Source: an uncultured cyanobacterium (GTDB lineage Bacteria; Cyanobacteriota; Cyanobacteriia; Cyanobacteriales; Nostocaceae). From it: DNA of 64,000 nt. The stretch lies in NCBI GenBank assembly GCA_963740315.1, contig CAVUDP010000001.1, positions 352,001-416,000 of the forward strand, read 5' to 3'. The number at the start of each line of letters is the position of its first letter. Within the stretch, counting starts at the first letter, position 1. Below the pieces are notes generated by a model. The model ran no database searches and was not told the origin of the DNA. It saw only the letters and a list, made by a program, of their open reading frames with translations. Position numbers and translations under genes: made by a program. This document shows positions 8,345 to 19,868 of the stretch, piece after piece.

Positions 8345-10177
8345 TTACTGAGTTTTTTGAACTTCCGGTTTTTGATACTTACCGGGATACTTTCGTCCGA
8401 AGTATTCTTCCATGACTTTTTTTACCATTGGTGCGGCGACGCTACCCCCACCACCTCCGGAGTGTTCGGCGAATCCTAATATGACGACTTCGGGTTTGTC
8501 TACGGGCGCATATCCGCCATACCAAGCATGATTTGCTTTGACGCGACTTGGCAACCATGCTTCTGCGGTTCCCGTTTTACCCGCATTTGGAGGAAGTGTT
8601 GGCGAGTTCATTAATTTAGCCGTACCATCTGTGATTACTTCCCGCAATCCTCTTTGAATCATTTTTGTGGTTGAAGGTTTCATTCCGATGTTTTCCCGCC
8701 ACTTCTTTTTCTCTTCGTTTGTTTTGAGAACGTGGGGCTTGACTAAATAGCCGCCGTTTGCTGGGATGGCAAACATTCTTGCTACTTGTAAAGGTGTAGC
8801 TAGTAAAGCACCTTGCCCGATTGACATATTGACTGAATCGCCTACCGTCCAATCGCGTTTCCACAATTTTCGTTGATAAGCGTTATCGGGTACAAAGCCT
8901 TTCGATTCGCTGAAGGAAAATTCTGAACCTGTTTGTGAGCCGAATCCAAAATTACGAGTCCATTTGATTAATTGCTCACCCCCGACTCTCGCGCCTACTT
9001 GATAAAAGAATGTATCGCTACTCCAAGCTAAAGCACCTGAAAAATTCAACGGACCAAATCCAGCATGGTTCCATTCATTAAAACGGTGTCCGCCAAAGAT
9101 TCGATAACCATAGGTTTGCAGCACTGTATTTGGAGAAAACTTACCCGATTCTAAACCCGCTGCTATAGTCACAACTTTAAAAGTACTTGCTGGAGGGTAA
9201 GCTCTGAAGGCACGATTGAGCATTGGATGCTTTTTACCCAAGAGTATTGCCTGTAACTCTTTTTGTGAGGGATTTTGCTTAGAAAATATGTTGGGATCGA
9301 ATGCAGGATAGGACACCATTGCCAAAATTCCACCGTTGTTGGGATCTAAGGCGATAATTGTTCCGGTACGTCCTTGCAAAGCTTTATAGGCAGCTTTTTG
9401 TAAATCCAAATCTATAGTTAATTCAATATCTTGACCGGGTTTTGCCTGTTTTACGCCTAATACTTTGATCGGACGACCTTTTCCGTCAACTTCCACTTGT
9501 TGACCGCCCCATTCTCCCCGTAAGGTAGTTTCAAATGCTCTTTCTACACCCATCTGTCCGATGACATCTCCGAGACGGTAGCCATCTTTCTTTTTCTTAG
9601 CCAATTGTTCTGCGGTAAGTTCGCGGGTGTAACCGAGTACGTGAGCTAATTCTGCGCCATGAGGATAGTAGCGTACTGCTTCTCGGTTAATTTCTACACC
9701 CGGTAGTTCGCTTTCATACTCTTTTAAAGCCGTAATTTGCTGGAGATTGATATCGCGAGCAATCCTGACTAAAGAAGAAGAGTTCTCACCAGCTTTTTCT
9801 AGTTCCTTTTGAATTTCTTCTTGGGGTATGCCCAGAATTTGAGATAAACGCGGACCTACTGTTTTCCATGACTCATCTTTTTTATGAGCCATAGGCCACA
9901 AATATACTGAGTGAGGATAGCGAGTTGTAGCTAACAGTTTTCCGTTTCGATCGAAAACATTACCTCGTTCTGGCTGTCGGAGAATCAAGCGAATGCGATT
10001 TTCCTCCGCTCGCTTACTAAAGCTTTCTCCTTTAACTACTTGTAAATATGCTAACCGACTAAGAATTCCGCTTGTCAGAAACAAAGTCAATACTAGTAAG
10101 AATATGGATTGGTATCCTTTGCCTACAGTACGCGCATCTTTTTTCTTGCCGATTGATGGTAATTGCAATAAAGTCAT
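8345..10177 (-). CDS. mrdA: Penicillin-binding protein 2
   Basis: RG.VFDRNG, PASTFK (SxxK), SSD, KTGTA motifs, N-terminal TM. Confidence 0.95.
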   Translation of the reverse strand: MTLLQLPSIGKKKDARTVGKGYQSIFLLVLTLFLTSGILSRLAYLQVVKGESFSKRAEENRIRLILRQPERGNVFDRNGKLLATTRYPHSVYLWPMAHKKDESWKTVGPRLSQILGIPQEEIQKELEKAGENSSSLVRIARDINLQQITALKEYESELPGVEINREAVRYYPHGAELAHVLGYTRELTAEQLAKKKKDGYRLGDVIGQMGVERAFETTLRGEWGGQQVEVDGKGRPIKVLGVKQAKPGQDIELTIDLDLQKAAYKALQGRTGTIIALDPNNGGILAMVSYPAFDPNIFSKQNPSQKELQAILLGKKHPMLNRAFRAYPPASTFKVVTIAAGLESGKFSPNTVLQTYGYRIFGGHRFNEWNHAGFGPLNFSGALAWSSDTFFYQVGARVGGEQLIKWTRNFGFGSQTGSEFSFSESKGFVPDNAYQRKLWKRDWTVGDSVNMSIGQGALLATPLQVARMFAIPANGGYLVKPHVLKTNEEKKKWRENIGMKPSTTKMIQRGLREVITDGTAKLMNSPTLPPNAGKTGTAEAWLPSRVKANHAWYGGYAPVDKPEVVILGFAEHSGGGGGSVAAPMVKKVMEEYFGRKYPGKYQKPEVQKTQ

Positions 10178-10606
10178 AAGAAAAAAATTATAAAGAAAAT
10201 AGCATTATCTGTATACGATTGTGTCTCCATAGCAACCGGGAGACGACTGTTAAATAATTGAATAATTTTATTATGTTTTCGTGTATGTTTAGCTACTTTG
10301 TGCTAAATAATAAAAGCCCCAACCGATTTTGGATTTTGGATTTTGGATTTTAGTTTTAAGTTTAAACCAAGATGGTTTTAGTTATGGAAATTTTAAATAA
10401 TCGTAATTCGCTATACTACGCGGTCAGACTAAAATTCGTAAGCCCGATCGATGAATTCAAGTGTCAATTTGAGATGACGGCGAATACAAGTAGCAAGTAA
10501 TTTGTTTTTGACGTATACAATAAATCATCATTGCCTATAATAGTTAGCTGTCGAGACTACATTTATTGGCACAAATACGTACAAACACGCGGATTATAAA
10601 AGGATT

Positions 10607-11740
10607 ATGTCTCAAACTATAACGCAGCAGCAAGAGGATATGACGACTTTTGAGTCGCTTGATGTAGAACTGTCTGGAGTGTTCAAGTTTTTTAACAAAG
10701 AACCTGCTTTACAGGGGATAGATTTAGATGTCAGACAAGGAGAATTTTTTAGTATTCTCGGTCCATCGGGTTGTGGAAAGACAACTATCTTACGTTTAAT
10801 TGCTGGTTTTGAGAGAACTGACGTAGGTAAGGTCTTTATTCAAGGTCGTCCAATGGCTAAAGTTCCTCCTCACCGCATACCTGTCAATACCGTTTTTCAA
10901 AGTTATGCTTTGTTTGACCATCTCAATGTATGGGATAACATCGCCTTTGGCTTGAAATTAAAAAGATTAAGGAAACCTGAAATCGCTTCTAGAGTTAAAG
11001 AAGCTTTAGAACTCGTAAAAATGGAAAGTTTGCGATCGCGTTTTCCCCATCAACTTTCTGGCGGTCAACAGCAACGAGTCGCATTAGCGCGGGCTTTAGT
11101 CAATCGTCCGGCGGTGGTATTGTTAGACGAACCTCTAGGAGCGTTAGATTTAAAACTACGCAAGGAGATGCAGGTTGAGTTATTAAATTTACATCAAAAC
11201 TTGGGGTTAACTTTTATCATGGTAACTCATGACCAAGAGGAAGCGCTGTCGTTATCTCAACGTATTGCGGTAATGAATCAAGGTCAAATCGAGCAAATCG
11301 GCACTCCAAACGATATCTACGAGCAACCACTGACACCGTTTGTAGCTAATTTTATTGGCGATACTAATTTGCTCTCAGGGGAAATAGCAGATGTAGACGC
11401 AACAAATATTAAAGTTATTACCAAAGCCGGATTCTTCGTGATTGTTAAACGCGATTTACACACGCCTACTGGGGTATCCCAAAATGTAGTATTAAGCGTG
11501 CGTCCAGAAAAAATTCAGCTTTCACTATACAAACCTAGCGTTCAAAACAACTGTTTTGAAGGGCGCTTAATTAACATCATGTATTTAGGAACTCACGTTA
11601 ATTATGTAGTTGAGCTAACGCCTTCTTTACGTATTACCGTCATGCAGCCGAGTACGTTTGGGATGTTACCAGATCCCGAAACACCAATTTATGCTTGGTG
11701 GGCAGAGAATGATTGTTTGGCTTTGCTCGATCGTCAATAG
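10607..11740 (+). CDS. potA: Polyamine ABC transporter ATP-binding subunit
   Basis: [36 protein letters not shown]-terminus. Confidence 0.93.
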   Translation: MSQTITQQQEDMTTFESLDVELSGVFKFFNKEPALQGIDLDVRQGEFFSILGPSGCGKTTILRLIAGFERTDVGKVFIQGRPMAKVPPHRIPVNTVFQSYALFDHLNVWDNIAFGLKLKRLRKPEIASRVKEALELVKMESLRSRFPHQLSGGQQQRVALARALVNRPAVVLLDEPLGALDLKLRKEMQVELLNLHQNLGLTFIMVTHDQEEALSLSQRIAVMNQGQIEQIGTPNDIYEQPLTPFVANFIGDTNLLSGEIADVDATNIKVITKAGFFVIVKRDLHTPTGVSQNVVLSVRPEKIQLSLYKPSVQNNCFEGRLINIMYLGTHVNYVVELTPSLRITVMQPSTFGMLPDPETPIYAWWAENDCLALLDRQ

Positions 11741-11810
11741 TTGAGTGTTTGAACGTCTAAATTTTTGATAAAAAACAGATAAAAAACAGATAAAAAACAA
11801 TAATTTATAA

Positions 11811-12896
11811 ATGATTAGAAGAAGAGAATTTATTACAGGGTTAGCTGCACTTTCTGGATTAATAACTGCAAGCTGCGGTTGGAGATTGGGCAATGTGAGA
11901 GCGTCTTCTCCCATAGCTGGTGCGCTTGATGAATTGCATCTTTTTACTTGGACTCAATATACTGATAGTCAATTATTAAAAACCTTTAGTACTCAAACTG
12001 GTGTCAAAGTACTTGCAGATGTATATGATGCCAATGAGGTAATGTTGGCTAAGTTACAAGCGAGTGGTGGCGGTACTTATAGCTTAATTTATCCATCCGA
12101 CTACATGGTAGAGAAGATGGTAAAAAAAGAATTATTAAAACAACTCAATCAAAAGCGTTTAATCGGGTTAGATAATTTATTTCCTCGGTTTCAAAATGCG
12201 GAATACGATCCAAATAATACTTATAGCGTCCCCGTAAGTTGGGGTACTACCGGCTTTATTTATAATTCCGAAAAACTAAACACAGCACCTGAAGACTGGG
12301 ATTATCTTTGGCAAAATCAAGAAAAACTTTCCAAGCGAATCACCCTACTTAATGATGCGCGGGAAGTGATTGGTGGAGTTTTAAAAATGTTGGGTTATTC
12401 TTACAATTCTCAGAATGAGAAGCACATCGAACAAGCTTATGAAAAACTGCAAGCTTTGAAACCTGATTTAGCTGCCTTTAGTACCGATGCATGGCGCAAT
12501 CAAATCATGTCAGGGGATTTAATTTTAGCAATGTGTTATTCATCAGATGCTTTTCAGATAACAAGAGAAAACCCCAAGCTCAAATATATAACACCTAAAA
12601 GCGGTTCATCTTTATGGACAGATACAATTGCGATTCCTACAACAACCAGTAATATAGATGGTGCTTATGAATGGATAAACTTCATGTTAAAACCAGAAGT
12701 AGCAGCACGCATGAGTAAACGTTTAGGTATTGCTACCCCAAATCGCGCCGGTTTTGAATTATTACCGCCCGAAATTCAAAATAATCCCACTTTATTTCCA
12801 TCAGAAGATGTTTTACAAAAATGCGAGCGTCTTAGTCCGATTGGAAATTTGGAAGAGGTTTACGAGCGTTATTGGACTAAATTAACAAGCGGTTAG
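11811..12896 (+). CDS. potD: Polyamine ABC transporter substrate-binding protein
   Basis: Tat/lipoprotein signal (RRREF...ASC), YPSDYMV, WGTTG, LWTD motifs. Confidence 0.92.
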   Translation: MIRRREFITGLAALSGLITASCGWRLGNVRASSPIAGALDELHLFTWTQYTDSQLLKTFSTQTGVKVLADVYDANEVMLAKLQASGGGTYSLIYPSDYMVEKMVKKELLKQLNQKRLIGLDNLFPRFQNAEYDPNNTYSVPVSWGTTGFIYNSEKLNTAPEDWDYLWQNQEKLSKRITLLNDAREVIGGVLKMLGYSYNSQNEKHIEQAYEKLQALKPDLAAFSTDAWRNQIMSGDLILAMCYSSDAFQITRENPKLKYITPKSGSSLWTDTIAIPTTTSNIDGAYEWINFMLKPEVAARMSKRLGIATPNRAGFELLPPEIQNNPTLFPSEDVLQKCERLSPIGNLEEVYERYWTKLTSG

Positions 12897-13046
12897 GAGT
12901 TAGGACCACCGGAGTTAGGAGTTAAAAGTTAGGAGTTAAGAGTTATGTGAAAAGTACAATAGTTTCTTCTCGATAGAAGATTACCGAGAAAAAAAGCGCA
13001 GAGGTAAGAAATAAGAGGGATAGGTAATTTTATCGCAGAATAGGAG

Positions 13047-13214
13047 TAGTCCTATTTATAGGACTTCTGCTATTAGCTTGAGGTTTGCAACCTCAAGTGG
13101 GCTTGAATGCCTTCTTGGGTAATTTTAAATTCTATAAAATTTTATAGTTTAGGATTCAAACCCGCCTGGGAATCAATTCCCAGCCTAATAGCTCAAGTCC
13201 ATTAAAATGGACTA
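13047..13214. repeat. Inverted pair of ~55-bp two-hairpin REP-like elements inside STRR-flanked potD-potB spacer
   Basis: AGTCCTATttATAGGACT...CTTGAGGtttgcaaCCTCAAG at 13047-13101 and an inverted relative at 13161-13214; further copies at 35017-35070 and 35244-35298. Confidence 0.75.
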
Positions 13215-13361
13215 AATTATTAAATCATACTTTCTTTGGGCTTCGACTATTTATTTTTTTAATTTAATAACTCCCAATTCCGGTGGTCCTAATTCCTAAC
13301 TCCGGTGGTTCTAATTCCCAATTCCTAATTCCTAATTCCTAACTCCTAACTTTTAAATTCC

Positions 13362-14267
13362 ATGACTACCGAAATCCAATCTTCCCAACCGCTTGATTAT
13401 CAAAAAATAAAATCCCGAAATTCAGGACAAAACTGGTTTCAAGCTTTAGCATTATTAGCCCCTGCTGGTATCTGGCTGTTACTGTTATTAGTATTACCAA
13501 CACTGATAATCATTGAATTAAGCTTTGTACCGGGAATTAGACCTGGAGATATTGTAAATCCTTCCAGTTTTGAAAACTATCTGCGTATAATTGACCCTCT
13601 TTATTTACAGGTAATTAAACGTTCTTTACTGTTAGCATTAGCTACCACAGTTATTTGTTTAGTTTTAGGTTTTCCCGTTGCATTTTGGATTGCACGGATG
13701 GCACCGAAAAGATGGCGAAATCTGTTACTTCTTGCCTTTATTTTACCTTTATGGACTTCTTCTTTGCTTCGTTCTTATGCATGGATTACAATTTTACGTC
13801 CTACAGGTTTGCTCAATACTGCATTAACTTATTTCAACTTACCAACTTTAGATTTACTCAATAGCACGAAAGCTGTATTAATTGGCATGAGCTACAATTT
13901 GCTGCCTTACATGGTTTTAATTCTGTACGCTTCCTTAGAAAAACTTGACAAACGCTTGCTCGAAGCGGCATCCGATTTAGGAGCAAATTCCATACAGGTA
14001 TTTTTCAAAGTAACCGTACCTCAAATTTTTCCCGGTATTGCTGCTGCTTCGATGCTGGTATTTATCACGGGTTTGGGAGATTACGTTAACCCTGAATTGC
14101 TTGGTGGTGCAGCTAGTATGACTTTCTCAAGATTAATTTATAATCAGTTTCTTGGAGCGGCTCAAAACTGGGGATTTGGTTCCGCTTTGAGTACGGTATT
14201 AATTTTGCTCGTAAGTTTGGCGATCGCGTTTTTAATCAAGTTTGGCGATACTACATCCGAAAGGTAA
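13362..14267 (+). CDS. potB: Polyamine ABC transporter permease
   Basis: LPLWTSSLLRSYAW, EAASDLGA (EAA loop), NWGFGSALS. Confidence 0.92.
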   Translation: MTTEIQSSQPLDYQKIKSRNSGQNWFQALALLAPAGIWLLLLLVLPTLIIIELSFVPGIRPGDIVNPSSFENYLRIIDPLYLQVIKRSLLLALATTVICLVLGFPVAFWIARMAPKRWRNLLLLAFILPLWTSSLLRSYAWITILRPTGLLNTALTYFNLPTLDLLNSTKAVLIGMSYNLLPYMVLILYASLEKLDKRLLEAASDLGANSIQVFFKVTVPQIFPGIAAASMLVFITGLGDYVNPELLGGAASMTFSRLIYNQFLGAAQNWGFGSALSTVLILLVSLAIAFLIKFGDTTSER

Positions 14268-15062
14268 CTTTTTACACCGATCTGGGATGGGCTTCTAACC
14301 CGTCCTAAATTCTCAAAATCTGTTAATCAACGCAACAACTAAGTATCTACAGAATAAATAAAAATTGCGATCGCTTGATTTTTTTAGCAGTCAAATAATA
14401 AAAAAATATTAAGTAAAAGCTAATTTTAAATTTAATTTTAAATCTAATTATATTTTTAATTTATAAAAGATAATCTATTCTAAATAACGGATAATTAACC
14501 GTTTTTTGGCTTGCAACAAGTACAAATACTTGATAAATAGTTAGTTTCATTTATAAAATAAATATTAAATTATGGTGTTAAAAGCTGCATAACTCAACGC
14601 AAATAGTAGGATAGTGTTTGAAAATAAACAAGTACATATGCAGTCTCAAAATATAATCTTTTGGGAAATGGTCAGAACTAGCATCAACCAAAAACCTAAC
14701 TTATAGAAATATTTTAGTAAGTACAGCAAACTCTAACTATACTGTTTTTGTTAAAAAAAAATCCTAAAAATTGATGTAATACCGTCCAATTTATACCAAA
14801 TAATTGCAGAGTTGTAGATATGGCAGCATGATGAAGTAATTGCCTCAAAAAAGACTATTCTGTATATTATTAATAACTGCTCGGTGATATTAGACGCTAA
14901 AAAGATAAAGTTTGTACGTCTTTAGTTAGAGTGCAAAAAAAAAATAATCCGCTATGTCTAAAAAAGTGAAGGGTATATTGCAGATTGATAGCTTTACCTT
15001 TTACCAATTTATGATGCAAAAATCTGTTAAAAGCAATCAAAATTCATCCTATCGGAGTTACA

Positions 15063-17483
15063 ATGTCAGAATTAATTCAATCAATTTTAGACAGTGAAGA
15101 AAAAAGCGATTTCCGGTCTTTACTGAGCGAACTACGTCAAGGTGAAAAGAGCTATTTGCTACGTAACGACATACTTAACGCTTATAGCGAATACTGTTCT
15201 AAGCATAAAAAAACAGACGAATTTTATACAGGTTCAAATTTAAGTAAATTAATTTATTATACTCAAGAAATTATTAGAGAAGAATCAAGCTTCTGTTTTA
15301 TAATTCGTCCGAAAATTGCTTCTCAAGAAGTCTATCGCTTAACGGCAGACTTAAAAATTGAGAATATGACAACTCCTGAACTGCTAAATGTACGCGATCG
15401 CTTCGTAAATAAATATAATCCTCAAGAAGGCGATCTATTAGAGCTTGATTTTGCTCCTTTTTACGACTATTCTCCTCAAATTCGCGACCCAAAAAATATC
15501 GGCAACGGATTACAGTTTCTCAACCGCTATCTCTCCAGCAAGCTATTTGCAGACTCCGAACAATGGCTGAAAAGTTTGTTTGACTTCCTTCAATTGCACC
15601 AATACAACGGCGTTCAACTGTTAATTAATAGTAGTATAAAATCTCAGCAGCATCTTTCTGAACAACTCAAAAAAGCTATAGATTTAGTAGGCGATCGTCC
15701 CCAGGAACAACCTTACGAAGAATTTCGCTTTGAGTTGCAAGCGATGGGTTTTGAACCCGGTTGGGGTAACACCGCCGCTCGCGTTTTAGAAACTCTAAAT
15801 ATTCTCGATGATTTAATGGATTCTCCAGATCCTCAAACCTTGGAAGCGTTTATTTCGCGCATTCCGATGATTTTCAAAATCGTCTTGGTGTCTACCCACG
15901 GTTGGTTTGCTCAAGAGGGAGTTTTAGGTCGTCCCGATACTGGAGGTCAGGTAGTTTATGTTCTCGACCAAGCTAAGGGTTTAGAAACACAACTGCAAGA
16001 AGACGCACAACTTGCAGGTTTAGAAAAATTAAACGTGCAGCCAAAAGTTATTATTTTAACTCGTTTAATTCCTAATAGCGATGGTACTTTGTGTAACCAA
16101 CGTTTAGAGAAAGTCCACGGTACGCAAAACGCCTGGATTTTACGAGTTCCGTTACGAGAATTCAATCCTAATATGACTCAAAATTGGATTTCTCGATTTG
16201 AATTTTGGCCTTATTTAGAAACTTTTGCTATTGATGCCCAGAAAGAATTATTAGCAGAGTTTCAAGGCAGACCCGATTTAATTGTTGGTAACTATACCGA
16301 CGGTAACTTAATTGCATTTTTATTATCGCGTCGTCTGAAGGTAACTCAATGTAACGTTGCCCACGCTTTGGAAAAATCGAAATATTTATTTAGTAACCTA
16401 TACTGGCAAGATTTAGAAGATAAATATCATTTTTCCCTGCAATTTACTGCCGATTTAATTGCCATGAATTCTGCTAACTTTATTATCAGCAGCACCTATC
16501 AAGAAATTGTGGGAACGCCCGATAGTATAGGACAGTATGAATCCTATAAATGCTTTACCATGCCAGATTTGTATCATGTGGTAAATGGAATTGAACTGTC
16601 TAGCCCCAAGTTTAATGTAGTACCGCCAGGAGTTAATGAAAATTGCTTCTTTCCCTATTCGCGAAAAGAAGAACGTGTGGAAAGCGATCGCCAAAGACTA
16701 GAAGAATTGCTGTTTACTTTAGAAGATGAGACTCAGGTTTTTGGTAAACTTGACAACCCAAACAAACGCCCTTTATTTTCAATGGCGCGTTTAGATAGAA
16801 TTAAAAATCTTACAGGTTTAGCAGAATGTTTCGGTCAAAGCAATGAATTACAAGAGCATTGTAATTTAATTTTGGTAGCCGGAAAATTGCGCGTTGAGGA
16901 ATCGGGAGATAACGAAGAACGGGATCAAATTATCAAACTTTATGATGTGATTGAAAAATATAACCTTTATGGTAAAGTTCGCTGGCTGGGCGTGCGTTTG
17001 TCCAAAGCCGATTCTGGTGAAGTTTACCGAGTAATAGCCGATCGCAAAGGATTTTTTGTTCAACCTGCTTTGTTTGAAGCTTTCGGTTTAACAATTTTAG
17101 AATCGATGATTTCTGGATTACCAACTTTTGGAACCCAATTCGGCGGACCTTTGGAAATTATTCAAGATAAAGTAAATGGGTTTTATATTAATCCGACCAA
17201 CTTAGAAGAAACAGCCAGCAAAATATTGGATTTTATTACCGAGTGCGAACAAAATCCTAACTATTGGAATGAAATTTCTCAAGCTGGTATTGACAGAGTT
17301 TACAGTACTTATACTTGGAAAATTCACGTGAATAAGTTGTTAACTTTAGCGCGAATTTATGGCTTTTGGAATTTTACTTCTCAAGAACAACGAGAAGATT
17401 TGTTGCGCTATCTCGAATCATTATTTTACTTAATGTATAAGCCCAGAGCGCAACAACTACTCAAACAGCATCAATATCGTTAA
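15063..17483 (+). CDS. susA: Sucrose synthase
   Basis: 806 aa; GRPDTGGQVVY, AHALEKSKY, EAFGLT motifs; N-terminus MSELIQSILDSEEK matches SusA-type enzymes. Confidence 0.96.
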   Translation: MSELIQSILDSEEKSDFRSLLSELRQGEKSYLLRNDILNAYSEYCSKHKKTDEFYTGSNLSKLIYYTQEIIREESSFCFIIRPKIASQEVYRLTADLKIENMTTPELLNVRDRFVNKYNPQEGDLLELDFAPFYDYSPQIRDPKNIGNGLQFLNRYLSSKLFADSEQWLKSLFDFLQLHQYNGVQLLINSSIKSQQHLSEQLKKAIDLVGDRPQEQPYEEFRFELQAMGFEPGWGNTAARVLETLNILDDLMDSPDPQTLEAFISRIPMIFKIVLVSTHGWFAQEGVLGRPDTGGQVVYVLDQAKGLETQLQEDAQLAGLEKLNVQPKVIILTRLIPNSDGTLCNQRLEKVHGTQNAWILRVPLREFNPNMTQNWISRFEFWPYLETFAIDAQKELLAEFQGRPDLIVGNYTDGNLIAFLLSRRLKVTQCNVAHALEKSKYLFSNLYWQDLEDKYHFSLQFTADLIAMNSANFIISSTYQEIVGTPDSIGQYESYKCFTMPDLYHVVNGIELSSPKFNVVPPGVNENCFFPYSRKEERVESDRQRLEELLFTLEDETQVFGKLDNPNKRPLFSMARLDRIKNLTGLAECFGQSNELQEHCNLILVAGKLRVEESGDNEERDQIIKLYDVIEKYNLYGKVRWLGVRLSKADSGEVYRVIADRKGFFVQPALFEAFGLTILESMISGLPTFGTQFGGPLEIIQDKVNGFYINPTNLEETASKILDFITECEQNPNYWNEISQAGIDRVYSTYTWKIHVNKLLTLARIYGFWNFTSQEQREDLLRYLESLFYLMYKPRAQQLLKQHQYR

Positions 17484-17504
17484 ATATAAGCTCTTATATA
17501 GAGT

Positions 17505-18200
17505 TTAAATACTTACGGTAGACTCGCCGAAATTCACGACAAAGCTTCTTTGCCAAGGATCGAGTGGCTGGTTGCCAAACATCGGAATTTCCATCGGGTC
17601 TTTTTTTGCATGGAATGCAGCGTATCTTGTTAATTCTCGCCAAGTCCGAGATCCAACTATCCCATCTGCCGTCAATCGTCGATTAGCTTGAAAGGCTTTT
17701 ACCGCTGTCTCTGTAAGTACATCAAATCTTCCATTTACCCCTACGCCGTAACGATTGTGCGTTAGAAGCGTTTGCAAGACTCGAACAGCATTACCAGTAT
17801 TACCGTAACGTAAAACTGGTAGTGCTTGACCTTGATAATATTGCGCCAGTAAACGTTCTTCTGCATCATATAAGGGCGTTTGCGGCATATCCCACTCTTT
17901 TCCAGGAGCAAGTCTGAGGCTTTCTGGAAAAGTGAAAGACGAAGCATTCATAGACGCTGTTTTTAATACAGGATTAAAAGCAACTCTTCTCTGATGCGAG
18001 GAAACTTTGTCTGGAACAATACTTAGTATTTTATGATACGTTTTTTGAGCGGACAATCTGGGTTGATGACTGGTCTGAGCGATAGAAATCAATCGTTGCT
18101 GGACTTTATCCGGTTGGATTCTAACTAGAGTTGAGAATGTAGGCAGAAACGGTTGCCCCTGCGTTATAAAGCTTGCCACTAGCAAAGCCAGTACGGTCAT
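17505..18200 (-). CDS. Peptidoglycan-binding domain protein
   Basis: LPVLRYGNTGNAVRVLQ.LL...TETAVKAFQ..R.LTADGIVG..TW. Confidence 0.85.
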   Translation of the reverse strand: MTVLALLVASFITQGQPFLPTFSTLVRIQPDKVQQRLISIAQTSHQPRLSAQKTYHKILSIVPDKVSSHQRRVAFNPVLKTASMNASSFTFPESLRLAPGKEWDMPQTPLYDAEERLLAQYYQGQALPVLRYGNTGNAVRVLQTLLTHNRYGVGVNGRFDVLTETAVKAFQANRRLTADGIVGSRTWRELTRYAAFHAKKDPMEIPMFGNQPLDPWQRSFVVNFGESTVSI

Positions 18201-18252
18201 CTATTTGACCTCCTAATACCTACACTACTTATGACAGCCCCCTAAGTGTACA

Positions 18253-18258
18253 TCCGGA
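18253..18258 (-). promoter_or_regulatory. Putative DIF1 motif (TCCGGA) upstream of the PG-binding gene
   Basis: TCCGGA ~53 nt upstream of the start; the same motif is at the equivalent position before the paralogue. Confidence 0.45.
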
Positions 18259-18345
18259 AAAACTCTAGCGGCAAATGTATCATATGCTACCTATAAAATT
18301 ATTAGTTTTAGAGTATGATTCAAAGTATTTTCTTCTACATTGTTA

Positions 18346-19050
18346 TTACCTTGTCAATTCTCCCCAAGTCTGTTGTCCAACTACACCATCTGTAATTAAA
18401 TTCCGGTTACTTTGGAAAGCTTTGACAGCAGCTTCTGTAAGAGCGCCAAAATTTCCATCAACTCTAACTCGATAGCCATTAGCTAATAACAGTCGCTGCA
18501 ATACTCTAACCGACACATTAGAAGTGCCAAAACTCAAAATTGGCAAGCTTTGAGTATAGCTGCCAACAAACTTTCGTGAATTAATTTGTTTTGATTGGTT
18601 AGAGCCTCCTGCAATATCTTGTAATCGAGAAGGAAGTCGAGGAGTATTTTCTATTGCGTCTGTCAAACTAGATGGAGTTGAAGGCAATATGATTCTACTT
18701 GTTGTTAAAGGCGCGGTATCTTTTGGGGAACTTTTTAAAATAATTGGTTTTGTTGCAGTTAGAGAACGCCGAGCCAAGCGACAACAATCAAGGGATTCAA
18801 TTTTATTTCTGATTTTTCTAAGTACATTTTCATTCTTTGGTGAAAAAACTGTTGAAGCTAGTTGAATTCCATTCGGTTGAATAAATTCTGGTGGTGTAAT
18901 GCGAGCAGGAGTAATTAAGCCAGTCGATTGAATAAGATTTGATTGTTTAACACCTATATCAATCTCTACTGCTATTTCATTAAATAAATAGGGCACAGAT
19001 GGATGTCCAGTTGCAAGGGCACTCGTTATCAGCAAGCCAATATCATTCAT
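18346..19050 (-). CDS. Peptidoglycan-binding domain protein (tandem paralogue)
   Basis: LPILSFG....VRVLQRLL...DGNFGALTEAAVKAFQ...DGVVGQQTW. Confidence 0.85.
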   Translation of the reverse strand: MNDIGLLITSALATGHPSVPYLFNEIAVEIDIGVKQSNLIQSTGLITPARITPPEFIQPNGIQLASTVFSPKNENVLRKIRNKIESLDCCRLARRSLTATKPIILKSSPKDTAPLTTSRIILPSTPSSLTDAIENTPRLPSRLQDIAGGSNQSKQINSRKFVGSYTQSLPILSFGTSNVSVRVLQRLLLANGYRVRVDGNFGALTEAAVKAFQSNRNLITDGVVGQQTWGELTR

Positions 19051-19106
19051 GGTATTTCATTTTACTAATACCCATATTTTCTTTACACAGAGTTTCCTAC
19101 TGTTCT

Positions 19107-19112
19107 TCCGGA
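19107..19112 (-). promoter_or_regulatory. Putative DIF1 motif (TCCGGA)
   Basis: TCCGGA ~57 nt upstream of the start at 19050. Confidence 0.45.
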
Positions 19113-19868
19113 AAACTGCGTACTTATACCTAAAAAAACAGTTTATTTTTGCCGAAAAATTGGAATAGTCGCCTGGTGCCCTTGTGAAGGTAAGTAGATG
19201 CAAGCGTGAATAGAAATCAAACATTTTTCTCTATATTAAGAACGCAAAATACTAAAAATTCAAAAACAAATGACCGTGATAAGCTATCTTTTTACTTTAT
19301 GTTTCCTTCCTTGCTTTAAATTCAACCTCTGAATTTTATTAGTATTTGTGCAATTGTAATCTGCAATCAACTTATAGAACTGTAATTCCTGTTACCCACT
19401 ACAAAATCTGTCACAATATATCTTGAATTTAAAAAAAAATAGTGTTTAATAATATCTTTTATACTTGCATTTAACTTTCGTTCGGAACATAATTTACAAT
19501 ATAATCCGAAAGTATTAGGCAAAAAAACCTACTACGAAGTATAAAGATGTAGCTAACATTAATTAGCCCCTGAAATTAATATATACATCTTTAGCAAATA
19601 TCATATTTAATTGCAATCAAGCACATTTGAACTTAAATAAATGCGAATCTATAACATTTATTTGCTTTTAACTTGTATTTCATTTAACCGTAAATACCTA
19701 CAAATTAAGTGCAAACACTAATTAGTAAAAGTAAAAAAAAATCAAATGATTTAGAAAATCGGTTTTAACAGTCTCAAGTTTGGTTAATTACTTTGAATAA
19801 CCGTGTTATTAACATTAAAAATTGGCATACGCTCGCGCCTGACAGCGAATGGGCATTGGAGGCAAGCC

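Noticed and set aside
10607..14267. pot operon lacking potC as a novelty
   Set aside because: A potA-potD-potB arrangement with potC elsewhere is already known in Nostocales.
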